Assembly (NCBI GenBank): GCA_053919585.1
Contig: CM132786.1
Strand: one strand, 5' to 3'
Origin: Euprymna scolopes
Lineage: Eukaryota
DNA: 64,000 bases
The translations under genes were made by a program, and so were the position numbers. Of this stretch, positions 12,300 through 24,289 are shown piece by piece. How positions within the stretch are numbered: position 1 is the first letter of the stretch; each line of letters starts with the position of its first letter. The notes under the pieces were generated by a model. That model saw only the letters and a program-made list of their open reading frames with translations. It had not been told where the DNA came from and searched no databases.

Positions 12300-13010
12300 C
12301 TCTTTTTCAAAAGAAAAAAGTGGATTCAAGATTGATAAATGGTTTACTTAAGGCATCTATTAAAAAGTCAGTTAATTTCAGTTACTCATATACTTAGTGA
12401 GTCTGTTCATCCTAGATTCTATGTCCACGAGTACCTCTCCCCGATCCTCTTTCATTTTTAATAAGGCTTGCAAATTAGTAAAACCAATAAATTTGTGGAG
12501 TAACAAAAAAAAAAATAAAAAGCAGAGGAAATAGTAACCTATCTTAGCGTGTCTGGGGTTTATGGTGTCTTCTTTTTCCTCTGTAAATGCTTAGTTTAAA
12601 TGGCTGTTTTTAACTAAGTTATTTTTGCGTTGTGGTGTTTCCGTAGATTTTGATTCATATAATGGTTGTTTTCCTGAGTTGTTTTCCTCAAGTCGTTAAC
12701 CGCTGTTGTGTTTTTAGTGAATTTATCGTTGTCTAATTGTTGATTTCTAGGTTGTTCTATTTCAATTGATTTTGATTCCTCTAGTGGTTGATTGGTTTAT
12801 GTTTTCTGATTGTTTGCGTCAAGTAATTGTCCAATGTTGGGTTTTAGTTAAGTGATTGTTTTCCTAGTAGTCTTGTTTTCGTGGATTTTTTCTTAGGGTG
12901 TCTGCTGGTTTTCAAGAACCCTTGTAACAATGCTTGTGATTGTTTAGTGATTAGCATCGATGTAGAATTTTTGTGATAACTAAAGGTGTGACCTTGTCAC
13001 AGCGCCAACA
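12300..13010 (-). mobile_element. Gypsy-type LTR retrotransposon internal remnant (leader and gag-like), family X copy 1
   Basis: The reverse complement of 12340-12470 aligns by eye with 34160-34310 (GAGGTACTCG...TAGGATGAACA.AC; TTA.CTGA.TTTT..ATAGATGC.TTA). Confidence 0.7.
12992..13007 (-). promoter_or_regulatory. Primer binding site, tRNA-Ser-like (TGGCGCTGTGACAAGG)
   Basis: Starts with TGG 3 nt downstream of the LTR-terminal CA. The plus strand TCACAGCGCCA matches the 3' end of animal tRNA-Ser(CGA) as I recall it (...CCTGCTCACAGCGCCA). Confidence 0.65.
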
Positions 13011-13801
13011 TGACGCGATCGTTTGTTTATCCGGGGAGATTCGCTTTGTTGAGAAACGTTCTGGGAACGCCAGCCAGCTCTCTGGGTTTGATACACGACA
13101 TCATGATAGACACATAGACGGCAGATACATCCATGGATCGATATGGTGTCGGCTACACCGGCTGCCATGGGGCTCATTTTAAGGTCATTGCGAGCAAGTT
13201 TTATCGTTATTGTTGATAATGGGAATCGTTGGTCTGGAATTGAATGCTGCATAGAATAATCGAACAAGACATTTCTTTATATCCAAGTATTTTGTTTTAA
13301 CAATTAAAAAGAGCATATGTCTTTGAAATCCATTCTCCACCGTCTGCAGTTGATCGGCGCAAAACTATTATACGCATCGCTTGCATGCGACCGTCTGTCG
13401 TGCATAAGATCCAACCTTCGACTATCTAAAAACAATACAATTTAATTCTCCTGTCTTTCATCATTTAGAGAAAAAGCAGGTCAAAGAGAGAAAGAAAGAG
13501 GGAGAGAGAGACATTCATACATTAGACTTGAACAATGTTTAATTGTGTGTAGGCCTCAATGAAGAGTTATTTTGGGTTTTACCTTTTCAATATGATATCT
13601 CAGATCATTTTGACCTGATTGCACAGAACAAACAACTGCCACTCTTGGCTCGAATCATACTTGAGTGACAACAATTACTGAAGCCGCCATGTTTCTTTTC
13701 AATGATAATGCATTTAATTTCTTTCCTCCTCACAAGCAGTTAGGTATAAAGTTTATTAATGAAAAAGCCCATGCTCGCCAAAAATTCGTCATTATGACAC
13801 A
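13011..13801 (-). mobile_element. 5' LTR of family X copy 1 (TG...CA)
   Basis: Minus strand begins TGTGTCATAATGAC and ends ACGATCGCGTCA. It is colinear with 36153-36904, including the (GA/CT)-rich tract and the CCCAGAACGTT.CTCAAC...TCTCCCCGGA block. Confidence 0.8.
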
Positions 13802-14869
13802 ATATGATATCACTTAACTGACAGTGTTAAGAATGGTTTTACATAATTTGGTACTTAAAATAGCATCCTAAAATGTATGCCAATGCAATTATATCAGTAT
13901 TTACAGCAGAAATTTATTTTGTGTTCGAGGAAAAAGTAATCGCTGAAAATGTCGCGTAAATCAATGTCTCTTCGGCTATGTGTATAATACGATTTGCAAT
14001 TTACGATGAATAAATATTTATTTCTTTACTTACTCCGTCATATTTTCTCTTAACTATTATAGAATCCGTGCGTTGATTGGTTTTACATCTGTATGTAAAG
14101 TATATTACAGATGCTCTTGGTCTGACTAACCATTAAAAGTTTCAGGTTTCGCTATTCAATTATCAACTTCGATATATCAGCTGTTCTCAAACGGTAGACT
14201 AATAAAAACATAAACTTAAAAGTTACTTTTAGTATTTCCAATTATTATCTGATCCTGGCTGTCGTCAAATTTATTGCGCAGGTATAATTGGAAATATTAC
14301 AGAAGGTGATTCATTTGCATTCAATATGGCTGATATTAAATGTCAAATGGATGCATTAGTGTGTGTGTGTATGTGTGTGTGTACATTTGTGTGTGATTAA
14401 CACCGAAAGAGTTCAACATGTTAAATGCAATCATATCCACTGGGTTCGATTATGGCGTTATCTGTTGCAATATAAATTGAATAATATTTTTGACTAATAT
14501 TGTAAACACTATTTGTGAATCTTGAAATAGAAAACATTGTAAACATACATATGTGTAAATTATTTCTGGTGACTAATACATCTCTACGGACGAGCAACGC
14601 ATGATAAGTAGAATCATTATTTATACAATCCTATATATATAAATATGTGGTTTTATTTTGTTACATGTACATTTATAACAGCGTTATTTTTTATCTCGGG
14701 AATAAATAATTATAATAAGTAAAAAGCAAATAGTCAGTTGGTCATTCAACAACAATATACCGCTACTTGAAATGAAGCCAAGAAAACCCTCTCATACAAC
14801 TCAAATAATTAAAAAGCGAATGTTTTAAGCAATCAGAAATTGTGATAATATCATACACATATACAATTT

Positions 14870-16040
14870 GTGAAATTCTATGAATTTATATGAGTCATGT
14901 ATCAAAATGTATAGCCAGTTTCTGTCAGTTTTTATCCGCCTATCATTGATGTTCTGTTGGTTAAGATACTTAGGCAATGTTAACATGGTAAGTACTAAAA
15001 TCGGTGACCGTTTTGGAATTCCAATGCTGCATGTGCTCTCAGCTTATTTTTGTCTTGTTTCTAATCGTCTTGGAACTCTCGATACTGGACTAAAGCAGTA
15101 TCGATCACGATAGGGATAGTTGGTGATTACACTACCATTTCATCATAATTACACGCGCAACTACACTCATAGGGGGTATCGAATATTTTTCGAGACTGAA
15201 TGTAGCTTCAAGATTGTTAATAAGCTTAACATAAGGCACATTACAATCTCGCAGACTCATCTCATCATTATTTCAGTGATATTAACTGTACCTACGTTAG
15301 GTGTGTTAATATTTGTTATCTGGTTGTTTTATTTATGCAGTTCTTAACACTTTCAGTTCCCTTTAATTTGCTCTATGCTTTAATTTTAAATTTATAGTGT
15401 TGCTTCCATGTAGTAGGTAAACGGTTTTTTATGTAAATTGTTGTTCCCGATGATGTCTTCTGTATATTCTCATTTTTTTATTGCGCTTTCTCTGAGTAGC
15501 TTTCTGGTTTATTCGAGAATATTCCAAATACTGCTGGGAATATTAGTGTTACATTGACTTATTTCTATTGTCTTTGTGATTCTCAATTTATGTCTTTATA
15601 TTTATTTTTCATGTTTTTCCCTCGCACTGTGCTATTGAAATTGTAAACTATGATCAATAATTCATCAAACTTTCCTGTGTTTGTTTATATCATATTTGGA
15701 ATGTTCAAAGACCTTATCAGTTGTATGCGCACACCCAAAAGAAGTCTGACATTATCGTTTTTCTGTGATCTTTCTGATTTATACTAATCATTTTTCATTG
15801 TGGTCTAATTCGTAAAGTGTACATATATTCCAGCGATGGCATTTTACGCCTTTGTTACGTCTCCATTTTATTATATTAATGGTAAGCTGATATAAGATGC
15901 GCTATTTTTCTTTACTTTTCATTAAATAATCTGTGTATCGATGATTTTGAAGATTTCTTAATGTAGTGTTGATAATATATACGGAAAGAACTTGAAGTAC
16001 TATAAGATACTTTCTTCGAGAGGTTTAAATCTCTTTGAAA
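14870..16040 (-). mobile_element. Highly decayed Penelope-like (GIY-YIG) retroelement remnant
   Basis: Minus strand has YECSCACNY resembling the GIY-YIG VY...C.C...Y.G motif (~15145-15180) and weak RT C-terminal resemblance. Confidence 0.4.
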
Positions 16041-17249
16041 AGAGAGTTTCTAGAACAACACTGGATGAGTATTCCCCTACCTATAAATAAACCTTTACTA
16101 TTCAAAATATCGTATTCTGGGCCAGCATTGAATTCCCTCGATATGGTTTACATATACTGGTTTATACGAGGATTGGTGAACAATTTAGAGTGGGAATTTC
16201 AGTCTAATGCACCGCCAGAACCATGGAAAAATGGGATCGAAAAAGTAATCTTTTTTTTTTTTGCAAAAGAATGTCTGCATAATCCTGCCAGCTTACTCGA
16301 AAGGGCACCTCACGCGATTGGAAAAAAAAACTTAGCCCATCTTAAATAGAGATGGCAAAGCATGGGATAGTGGCCTCATTAGAACTACATAGAATCAGCA
16401 TTACACGTATATCAACAGGAAACAAATTATCAGAATGGTTTAATCTCTATTTGGGGGGGGGGCAAAATACGGAAAAAATACGTCATAAGGATATGTTAAC
16501 ACATCGCTAAATCACCGAAGTTAATAAACGTTGAGACTGATTAGTATCAGATGGGCAACTAATTTGGGAATACCAAGCGCTGTATGAAGGGGATATCGAC
16601 ACCTTCCTTCAAGAGTAGCGAAAACCTAGCGTCATTATTTCTCCTACCGGAGATATAAATGGGGCTAGGGACCACTTGTGAATTTCATACTACCATAAAC
16701 ATTCCACGTTCTGAAGATGGCAATTAAACCTGAGTTATGGTTGGTGATGTAGTTTCACTTGGTGGCCGAGGAGTTCAAATCCATGGACTTTTGTTAAATG
16801 ATGCATCACGTGTTATACCCAGGAGAAGTCCTTTTTTTTTAAATTTAGACAAAAGTAAAACAGAAAAACAGTAAAGTATTTATACTCTATGATTACGATT
16901 AGGTAATTTTGTGTAATTATAAATTATATGCGCTTCATATTACAGCAATTTACACTTCTTATCTAGAAAAAAACAGGTGTTGCTACTTTGAATTCTCTAA
17001 ATCATGCAAACCAAAGGCTTGTTTTGGGGGAAAGGTAATAATTAAGTTGAAACAGTATTTTATTCATACTTTGGCATGTATAAAGCGTCATTACGGTGTG
17101 TCACTTCATAGAAAACTTTACACTTTTAATCTCAGATCGATTTAATTATCCTACAAAAAGTTGTACGAATTTGAACTTTTTTTTATATGAAGTGAAAGTA
17201 GTTATCGAACCGAGAGAAAATATTAGAAATAAAGTTTTAATGTATACTG

Positions 17250-20200
17250 ATGCCTCATATTCATACCCGGAATTAGTGCATTGTGTTACGAAAACGTTGT
17301 ACAAAGCGTTTGCCTTGGATCCCTTCGCCGTATGGAAACAGTTTGCAGCATGTTACCTTCTACTATATGAAACGGCTGATGTCTTTTTAAAATGATCCTG
17401 TTTTGCGGCGTATATAATCAGTACCTGCAATGAGCATTTATTGCTGCATTGCCTGAAAATGTGGAAGAAGTATTACAAGCATCTTCGTTTATGAGGAACC
17501 TAGGCCTGTCATACGTGCTGGTCCATGATCCTGCCATTTTAAAGAACTATACGGAAGTTACGGACCAGGTAGCAATAGCCACACTGCCGGCATGATGCAC
17601 ATCTAAAGAGACGGATACTTCTCCGTAGAGTTATAATGTAACTGACTCAATCATATGCCAAGCAATAGTATACTGGAATGTGTGATAGTCAGGGGTATTG
17701 ATTTTAAGCCTCGAAGAAATATCACGTGTTATCAATTTAATCGGCCTGGGCACATTGCTAGATTTTGTCCGGGAAACGAACAGGGGAAGGCGAGATTTTA
17801 TTAAACTCTTGTAAATTGCGCATTGTCAGTTGGAACTAGTCACATCGATAGTATTACACGAGCAGCCCAAATGGATAGCGGATACGCACAATCGTTATTC
17901 CACAAATAGTGTGTTGGGGACTGGACGAGGACAGTGACCCCTACGCTCACAGCAGACGGAAGTAAACCTCACTGCTGTAGAATCGAAGTGGTGCAAGTTA
18001 ACATGAGTGTAAAGTTAAATTTGTGGATTTCGACCTAATTCGATTGGATTTGTTGCTTGGGCTTGACGCAACAAAGCTACAGGGAAAAGTAGTTGTGTCT
18101 AGTGCCGATCAGGTAACGTTTCACGATTCAACAAACCAAATTTTGCTGCCATCGCAATCATCAAAACTGATTTCACCGCCGACTATGAAAAGAACACGTA
18201 GAAGTTGACCGCATCTTAAATATAAGTTAGTAACTAACCTCTAATTACGTTGATAAATAAATTTCCACACATTCCAGGAGAATATGATCGGAAACTGCAA
18301 ATGAGGATTGATAACGGTTAGCTTCTGTCGTATCCGGAGGATAAACTCGGTTCTCTAAAAGGGCCTAATATTCTCGTAGCTTATTTGCAGGTAAACAGAT
18401 AGAAAGTTCGGCCCGTTATGGATTATTGAGAGCTAAATGAATACATGAACGCGGATGTTTGTTTGCAAAAATTAAAGGAATGGCGAAAGCTAGGAGCAAA
18501 CGTTATAGTGCTAGCCTTGCGCAGAACCTATTTGCAAGTACATGTTGACAAATCTCTTTGACTTTTCCAAACAGTAAAGTTAAACGGATAACAATATTGT
18601 CTTACTCGCCTCGATGTTTTCCAAAGAATCGCATCTAGGAACATTTTGAGAATTTGGCCAGACAAAGCCCCGGGACAGCTGAAACTAGGCTCACTCGTGT
18701 TGTAATTACATATGCAGAAGGAGCAAGGAAAACTGCTATGGTGCCGAATATTATTTTTAGTACGCGAAAAATTAACTGACCATTTATTAGTGTTATGACT
18801 GATTACGTGTCGCCACGAACGGCGAACACTGTAACAAGCGGATGAAATAATAAAGTGCAAACCCCTCTTCTCGCCTGGATGATCGAAGAGATTTGTTTGA
18901 AAGTAGCACAGGGCAATTCACTAAAATCTGATTGGTGTATCTGTGGACAAAATGTAAACGTGTGTAAGCGCTTTGTAGAAAGCAATTGTACCGTGGCAAA
19001 GACGCAATATTTCACCGAGGGGTATATAAGGACAAGCATATAAACTTGACTTTGCTTGAAGCTGTGCTGCGAGGTGCACACTTTGAATTTCAGTGGAAAG
19101 CTTAAATCATTCATTTTCGAACTGACTTTGCATGAGTACATCAGTGAATTACTGTCATCTGGTCTGGGCAGAGGAGTGTAAACACAAAAACAGTTTCTAA
19201 AATGTTGATTAGGCTTAGCCTCTGCACGCAGCGATCGTTTTCTTAGAATATGCAATGATAATTTATGTAGGGTTCGGTAGGTGTGAAAATAACCGAGCAG
19301 ACAAACTTACAGCGATGGTTAAATGAAATCAGTAAGATAACAGACCACAGAGACACTGTGTGTGTCGTAGTCGTAGAACACGACGTTTCTCAAGTACAGA
19401 CAATCTATCGATCCAGAGGATATCCCGGTGTAAAGATGACATTATACTTTAAAAAATTAATCAACCCAAGAATAACTGAGTATTAGGTGCGGATAATGGT
19501 TTAGGATTGCAAAGAATACTAATCCAATTATCCAGACCCAGTGCATTGGAAGCCGGGTATGTTTTATCTCAGAGAAAATTAGAGCAGGGTTTCTTTGATT
19601 ATAACTCATTTCGGCACTCAGCTATACCTGACGGTGATAGACCATGGCACTAGCCCTTTTTCAAACTGGAAGCAGTTGCATCGACAAGACCCTGCTAGCA
19701 TAATCAAGCAGTTAAAATTGTTTTATGAAAGTGGGCATCAATAGAGTTACTTACTGACAAATATTTACTGAGGTTGCACGGATGTGGGGTCTCCACATAC
19801 GATTTCAATGCGTCCGCATACTATCGGGAAACGGAATAAAGAGAGGTATTATTGTACAATGAAGTGCATTGCGGCAAGAGCATGGTGATAATCTTGGAGG
19901 CAGTGTACTGGCTCAACATTACGCTCACGAACAACAAAACGGCTACGACTACACCTACGAATGAATGTAACATATACGTATAAAATGTATGTTAAGGGTA
20001 TTGATGAAGTGATGTACCTGAAAATGCAGTTGCTAGTACGTACTAGGATATATATGCTGTTTGGGTAAAGAACCGGCAAAGAAAACGTGCGATGAAAATC
20101 AATTACCCACACTCAGTTTCAGTTAATAGATAACCATGGTACAGAAAATATACGCGTCCAGCTTGCCGAAATCACTACTTCGTCCTTGACGACATCACCT

Positions 20201-20350
20201 ACTTAAATGACGACGCACCACTACTATACGAATGACCACATGAAGTAAGCTCCTATTTATGATAATATAGAGTATTTCTTGCTGTCGGATGTATGCACCT
20301 AATATTTTTGACAATTTTTGAAACTGTATACAATGACCACTAAATAGGAC
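17250..20350 (+). mobile_element. Decayed Gypsy-type LTR retrotransposon internal region (gag-pro-RT-IN)
   Basis: Motifs in order: LYKAFALDPFAVWKQF...ETADVFL (gag), CYQFNRPGHIARFC (knuckle, ~17727), DSGYAQS (protease), LDLLLGLD, KVRPVMDY.ELN, ADVCLQKLKEWR, YLQVHVDKSL..FQTV....QYCLTRL (RT), THFGTQLYLTVIDHG, LLTD, VYWLNIT (integrase). LTRs not recognised. Confidence 0.85.
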
Positions 20351-20626
20351 CAGTTTATGAGTCCTGAATACTCGATATGCAATCGAATCCTTTGGACATC
20401 CGCCTAAAGCCATGGATGATTTTTTTACTGGCAAATTTCTTGCTGCCAATGTTGATCATCTACATTGTTTTAACACCATTTCCATATTCTGGCTTATCCT
20501 ACGCAAATATGAGTAACGTTTCATTAATTATTTCATTCGTTGCATCCCAAGATTGTCCGCGTGGAATTCTTTGAGCATTATCTTTGCGGAGTAGCCGGTT
20601 TTATTACTCTGTCTGCTGAACGCCGT

Positions 20627-20805
20627 ACACGGTCACATATAAAAACACGGTCACATATAAAAACACGGTCATATAGAAAAAAATGGTCACATAGAAAAAC
20701 ACGGTCACAGAGAAAAACACGGTCACAGAGAAAAACACGGTCATATATAAAAACACGGTCACATAGAAAAACAGGGTCACATAGAAAAACACGGTCACGT
20801 AGAAA
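20627..20805 (+). repeat. 18-bp minisatellite ACACGGTCACATAGAAAA, ~10 units
   Basis: Read directly. It explains ORFs 20540, 20578 and 20604. Confidence 0.95.
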
Positions 20806-20949
20806 CGTGTTCATTTATTTTACTAATGGAACCATCATTCTCTTTATTTTTACATTTTCCAACTTAAGCAGAGGTTCTCTTACTGGACTGCATAACAAGC
20901 TCGACAATTAATTTTCGTTACTTAGCAGCGGGTTATTCCGAATATTTAG

Positions 20950-21351
20950 GTATTAATTTGGATAACCCTTGTTTTTTACGGTGCATATACTATTTTAAAA
21001 TTAAATAGAATTATGCCCAAACACAGTAGTCTATCTAAAAAGTGCGTTAGTATACCTATTTGGAATCCAAAATTTCATCAGCGATTTATGATCTGTTTTC
21101 AGTATAAATTCTTTCCTGTATAAAAAAAAACGGTGCATTTTTTCAGCATTAATTATTGCTAAAATCTCTTTGTATAATTTGACTGTAATTTTGTCCCGCA
21201 TTGCTACAATGATTTTCCTCTTCGGGAAGAAAGATGCCAATGATATGTCCTCAACAAACAGCTTTCTATTTTGAAACGCCTGTTCGATTTTTCAGACTAT
21301 GTCCACTTCGTGTTTATATCCATTTTATTATTAAGCATTTACTGGTATTCT

Positions 21352-21402
<51 letters not shown>

Positions 21403-21650
21403 GATATGTATGCTTTAGTAATAAACTATTCCAAGAACGCATTAGTTTTTTCATATTTTTAATAGCTTCAGCCAAGTTTTCCCTTTTTAATGACAATAAT
21501 TTGTCTACATGTTTTACCTTCGTAAAAATAACTCACATTTTTAGACATTAGAATGAAGATGTGTGCCAAATTTTCTGAAATAGCGCACTAATATAGATTT
21601 TATCTTGGTTTTCCTTTTCGGTGTCAATCAAAATATATATCTAGTATGAG
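20950..21650 (-). mobile_element. Gypsy pol remnant (RT/RNase H), interrupted by (TA)n at ~21359-21398
   Basis: ORF 21031-21240 KEILAIINAEKMHRFFLYRKEFILKTDHKSL matches the Ty3/Gypsy RNase H motif E.LAI.....F..YL.G..F.L.TDHKPL. Boundaries approximate. Confidence 0.7.
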
Positions 21651-23499
21651 ATTGTATATTCCATACTTGCTAACATTGTACATATTTTTGCTGGAATAGG
21701 ATTGAAGCTAACTGCACTCCAAAACAAAAACGATTAGGTTTAAAGATTTTTCATATGTACTCATTATTAGATACTAAGAAAATTATTCACTGATTTCACT
21801 TAAATGTTAGCTACGGACTAATCCAGTTTTGAAAACACTTTTCCACTGTCTTTTCTTGTGATTATATTTTCTGATGATTGGAAGGGAGGGTTCAAACTGT
21901 CATACACCAATTTATAGATTGTTCTTTATATAAATACCGTTTGATACGAAAAATCCGTGTAATAACTTTTGAAATTATATCACATTTTAACACTTTTGTA
22001 ATTCCTCATTTCCTGCGTCTAGCCTAAGAAAATCAGTTCAAAATTGAGTTAATGACTTTTTTTTATTCGAAGTCAACTTTAGTTTTCCTGCTGAAAAATG
22101 TGAGGCATTTCCCTTTTTAACTTTGTAATCAATTGTTATTTAACTTATTTTTATCAACAGCATTAACTTTGTTAAAGAAACCATTCATCGTTAATCTCCA
22201 TGTTTATCAGCACAATCCAGTCTAGACCAGAAAAAATGTGAATGAAGAAGTACATGTTCTTTTGATTTATAAGTTTTTACTATGAACGAAATGTTCAATG
22301 TAGTTCATTTTAAAATTTAATTGTGTACATAATAATCCTTTGACAATCGTTTATGTTTTCCTTAACTGCGGACAACTTATTTTTAGACATTTGTTCCTTG
22401 ATTAACGATATATAACTTCCTAAATCGAGTAACAATTCTGCATTCTGCTCATTTAATATACTTATGCTTCATGTATCTAAATACTATTTACTCATTTATT
22501 TGTGCATCCATGTGGACATCTAGCGAAGCATTTAGCGTACTTTCATATTTGCTTTCCTTAATTCATTTTTTAGACAAAACTAGATTAACTAGATTTCGAT
22601 TTTCTGTTTGCCTTTTTTTGTTTCATCGGACTCTACAAACGCCTATAATTAATCATAGTTTAACACTAATATTGAGACTTACTTTCTAGATGTCATTTTA
22701 TTCATCCGTTTCAGTTTTAGTGTGAATCTTGTTGGACATATTTAAATTGACTAACACCAAACGTTTCGCCTTGACGTAAACATCCCTGATGAACCCGACA
22801 ATTTATAAAATCACACCTACATTGTAATGATCCTTAAGATGCAGGAAAGCCTTCTCCTATACAGTGTCTTCCAGAGAACTGCTAGAATTTAGAATTCTAT
22901 TCAGGATTCCTGAGTATTGACTTGCATATGTAAACAAATAATTCGTGGCTCAACTCCCTACATAGTATCCTTGTAATGTTGATCTTAATAAGAAGCCCAG
23001 GAGGTTCAAGTGGTACCAGTTATTGGTTCGGGTTAATAAACAGTTTACATTGATATGTGGTAACTTATCCTAACATTAAGCCATTCCTTTATTACTGGTA
23101 AATAAAATAAGTATTAAATTATACACATGGATTTTGTAAGATATTATTTTGATTCGGCCAAGACGTTAGCATCTTGGGCATAGAACACCTGTCAGAGACA
23201 ACGTTTACAATATTCAGCGACTATTTGCAATCATACAAATTGAAAGTTGCGGTCATGAAGATGTTTTCAATTTGAACACGTCTATCATACGACATTCGTT
23301 ACATCGGAATACATCGTTTGTTTCATATATCTAAGTAATATTTACTCATTTATTTATGCATTCATGTGAACATCTAGCTGTAAACAAAGGAAATGCACGA
23401 CTAATTCTTCACATACACATAATATAAAATAATTACTACTGAGTATTTCTGTTATCTTTCTGTGTTTCTACAGTGCAATAGCTTTTAATAATCTCAGCT

Positions 23500-23720
23500 G
23501 GATGTTTGTCATACCCTTATGCAATCAATATGCATATTAGATTTCTGTTATATCCGTCTGTTTGATGTTTGTTTGTTTGTCTGTCTGTTTGTTACACTTT
23601 GACTCAAGAACTGCTGGGCTGTTCAGATTGAAAATGTATATAAAAATTTGTCATGATTAAGTGCAGCGCCCAAGTATTCTGATTTCCGTTCAATAAAAAT
23701 TTACTAAATAATAAGGATAT
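23500..23720 (+). mobile_element. Possible non-autonomous DNA/rolling-circle element fragment with (GTTT/GTCT)n tract
   Basis: GTTTGTTTGTTTGTCTGTCTGTTTGTTAC followed by an AACTGCTG...GATTGAAA motif, as in Helitron/DINE-like repeats. Termini not found. Confidence 0.35.
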
Positions 23721-24289
23721 TTTCGGATTAGTCACCATGGGAATGGTGCTAGATGATATGGTTTCATGAGTTTACAATGATCACTATGACAAGAGCGTGG
23801 TGGTCATTCCTGATGGAAATTTGGTATAATCACGTTGTGTAACTTGAATATTAAACAAGAATTTGTTTACATCGCACTTCAAGATAATCATGTTCTTTTT
23901 AGCTTAGTAATAGGCCAGCTGGAAAACATAGTTTGCTAGTTCAAGTTATTTCCTCGGAATTTTCTAGAGCTATCTGATTAAATTTTGTATGACCTTCATT
24001 ATGATAAGGCACGGGGAATTAATATTAAGGTATCAATACGATGCGCATTTATGGATTAATAGGGATTTATAGAAATTAGTAAGTATTACTATTTGATGGA
24101 AATACTGAGTACAGTTTTAACCGTATTCAAACACTCTCATTCTAGCTAACCGGCCTACATTTTTTGCCAATTTTTATTAGGCTAAAATGTCTACAACGCC
24201 TGCCAATATTATTTAATGAACTATTTACATAAAACATTTGTTTTAGTAGTTTATTAAGTCATCGGAAAAAAAGAATAATACTGATGTGT

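Noticed and set aside
14140-14178. Minus-strand hammerhead-like motif (..GAAGTTGATAATTGAATAGCGAAAC)
   Set aside because: Core and stem II are too degenerate to support.
20540-20911. Protamine-like basic ORF (KTRSHR repeats)
   Set aside because: Translation of the 18-bp minisatellite; no gene context.
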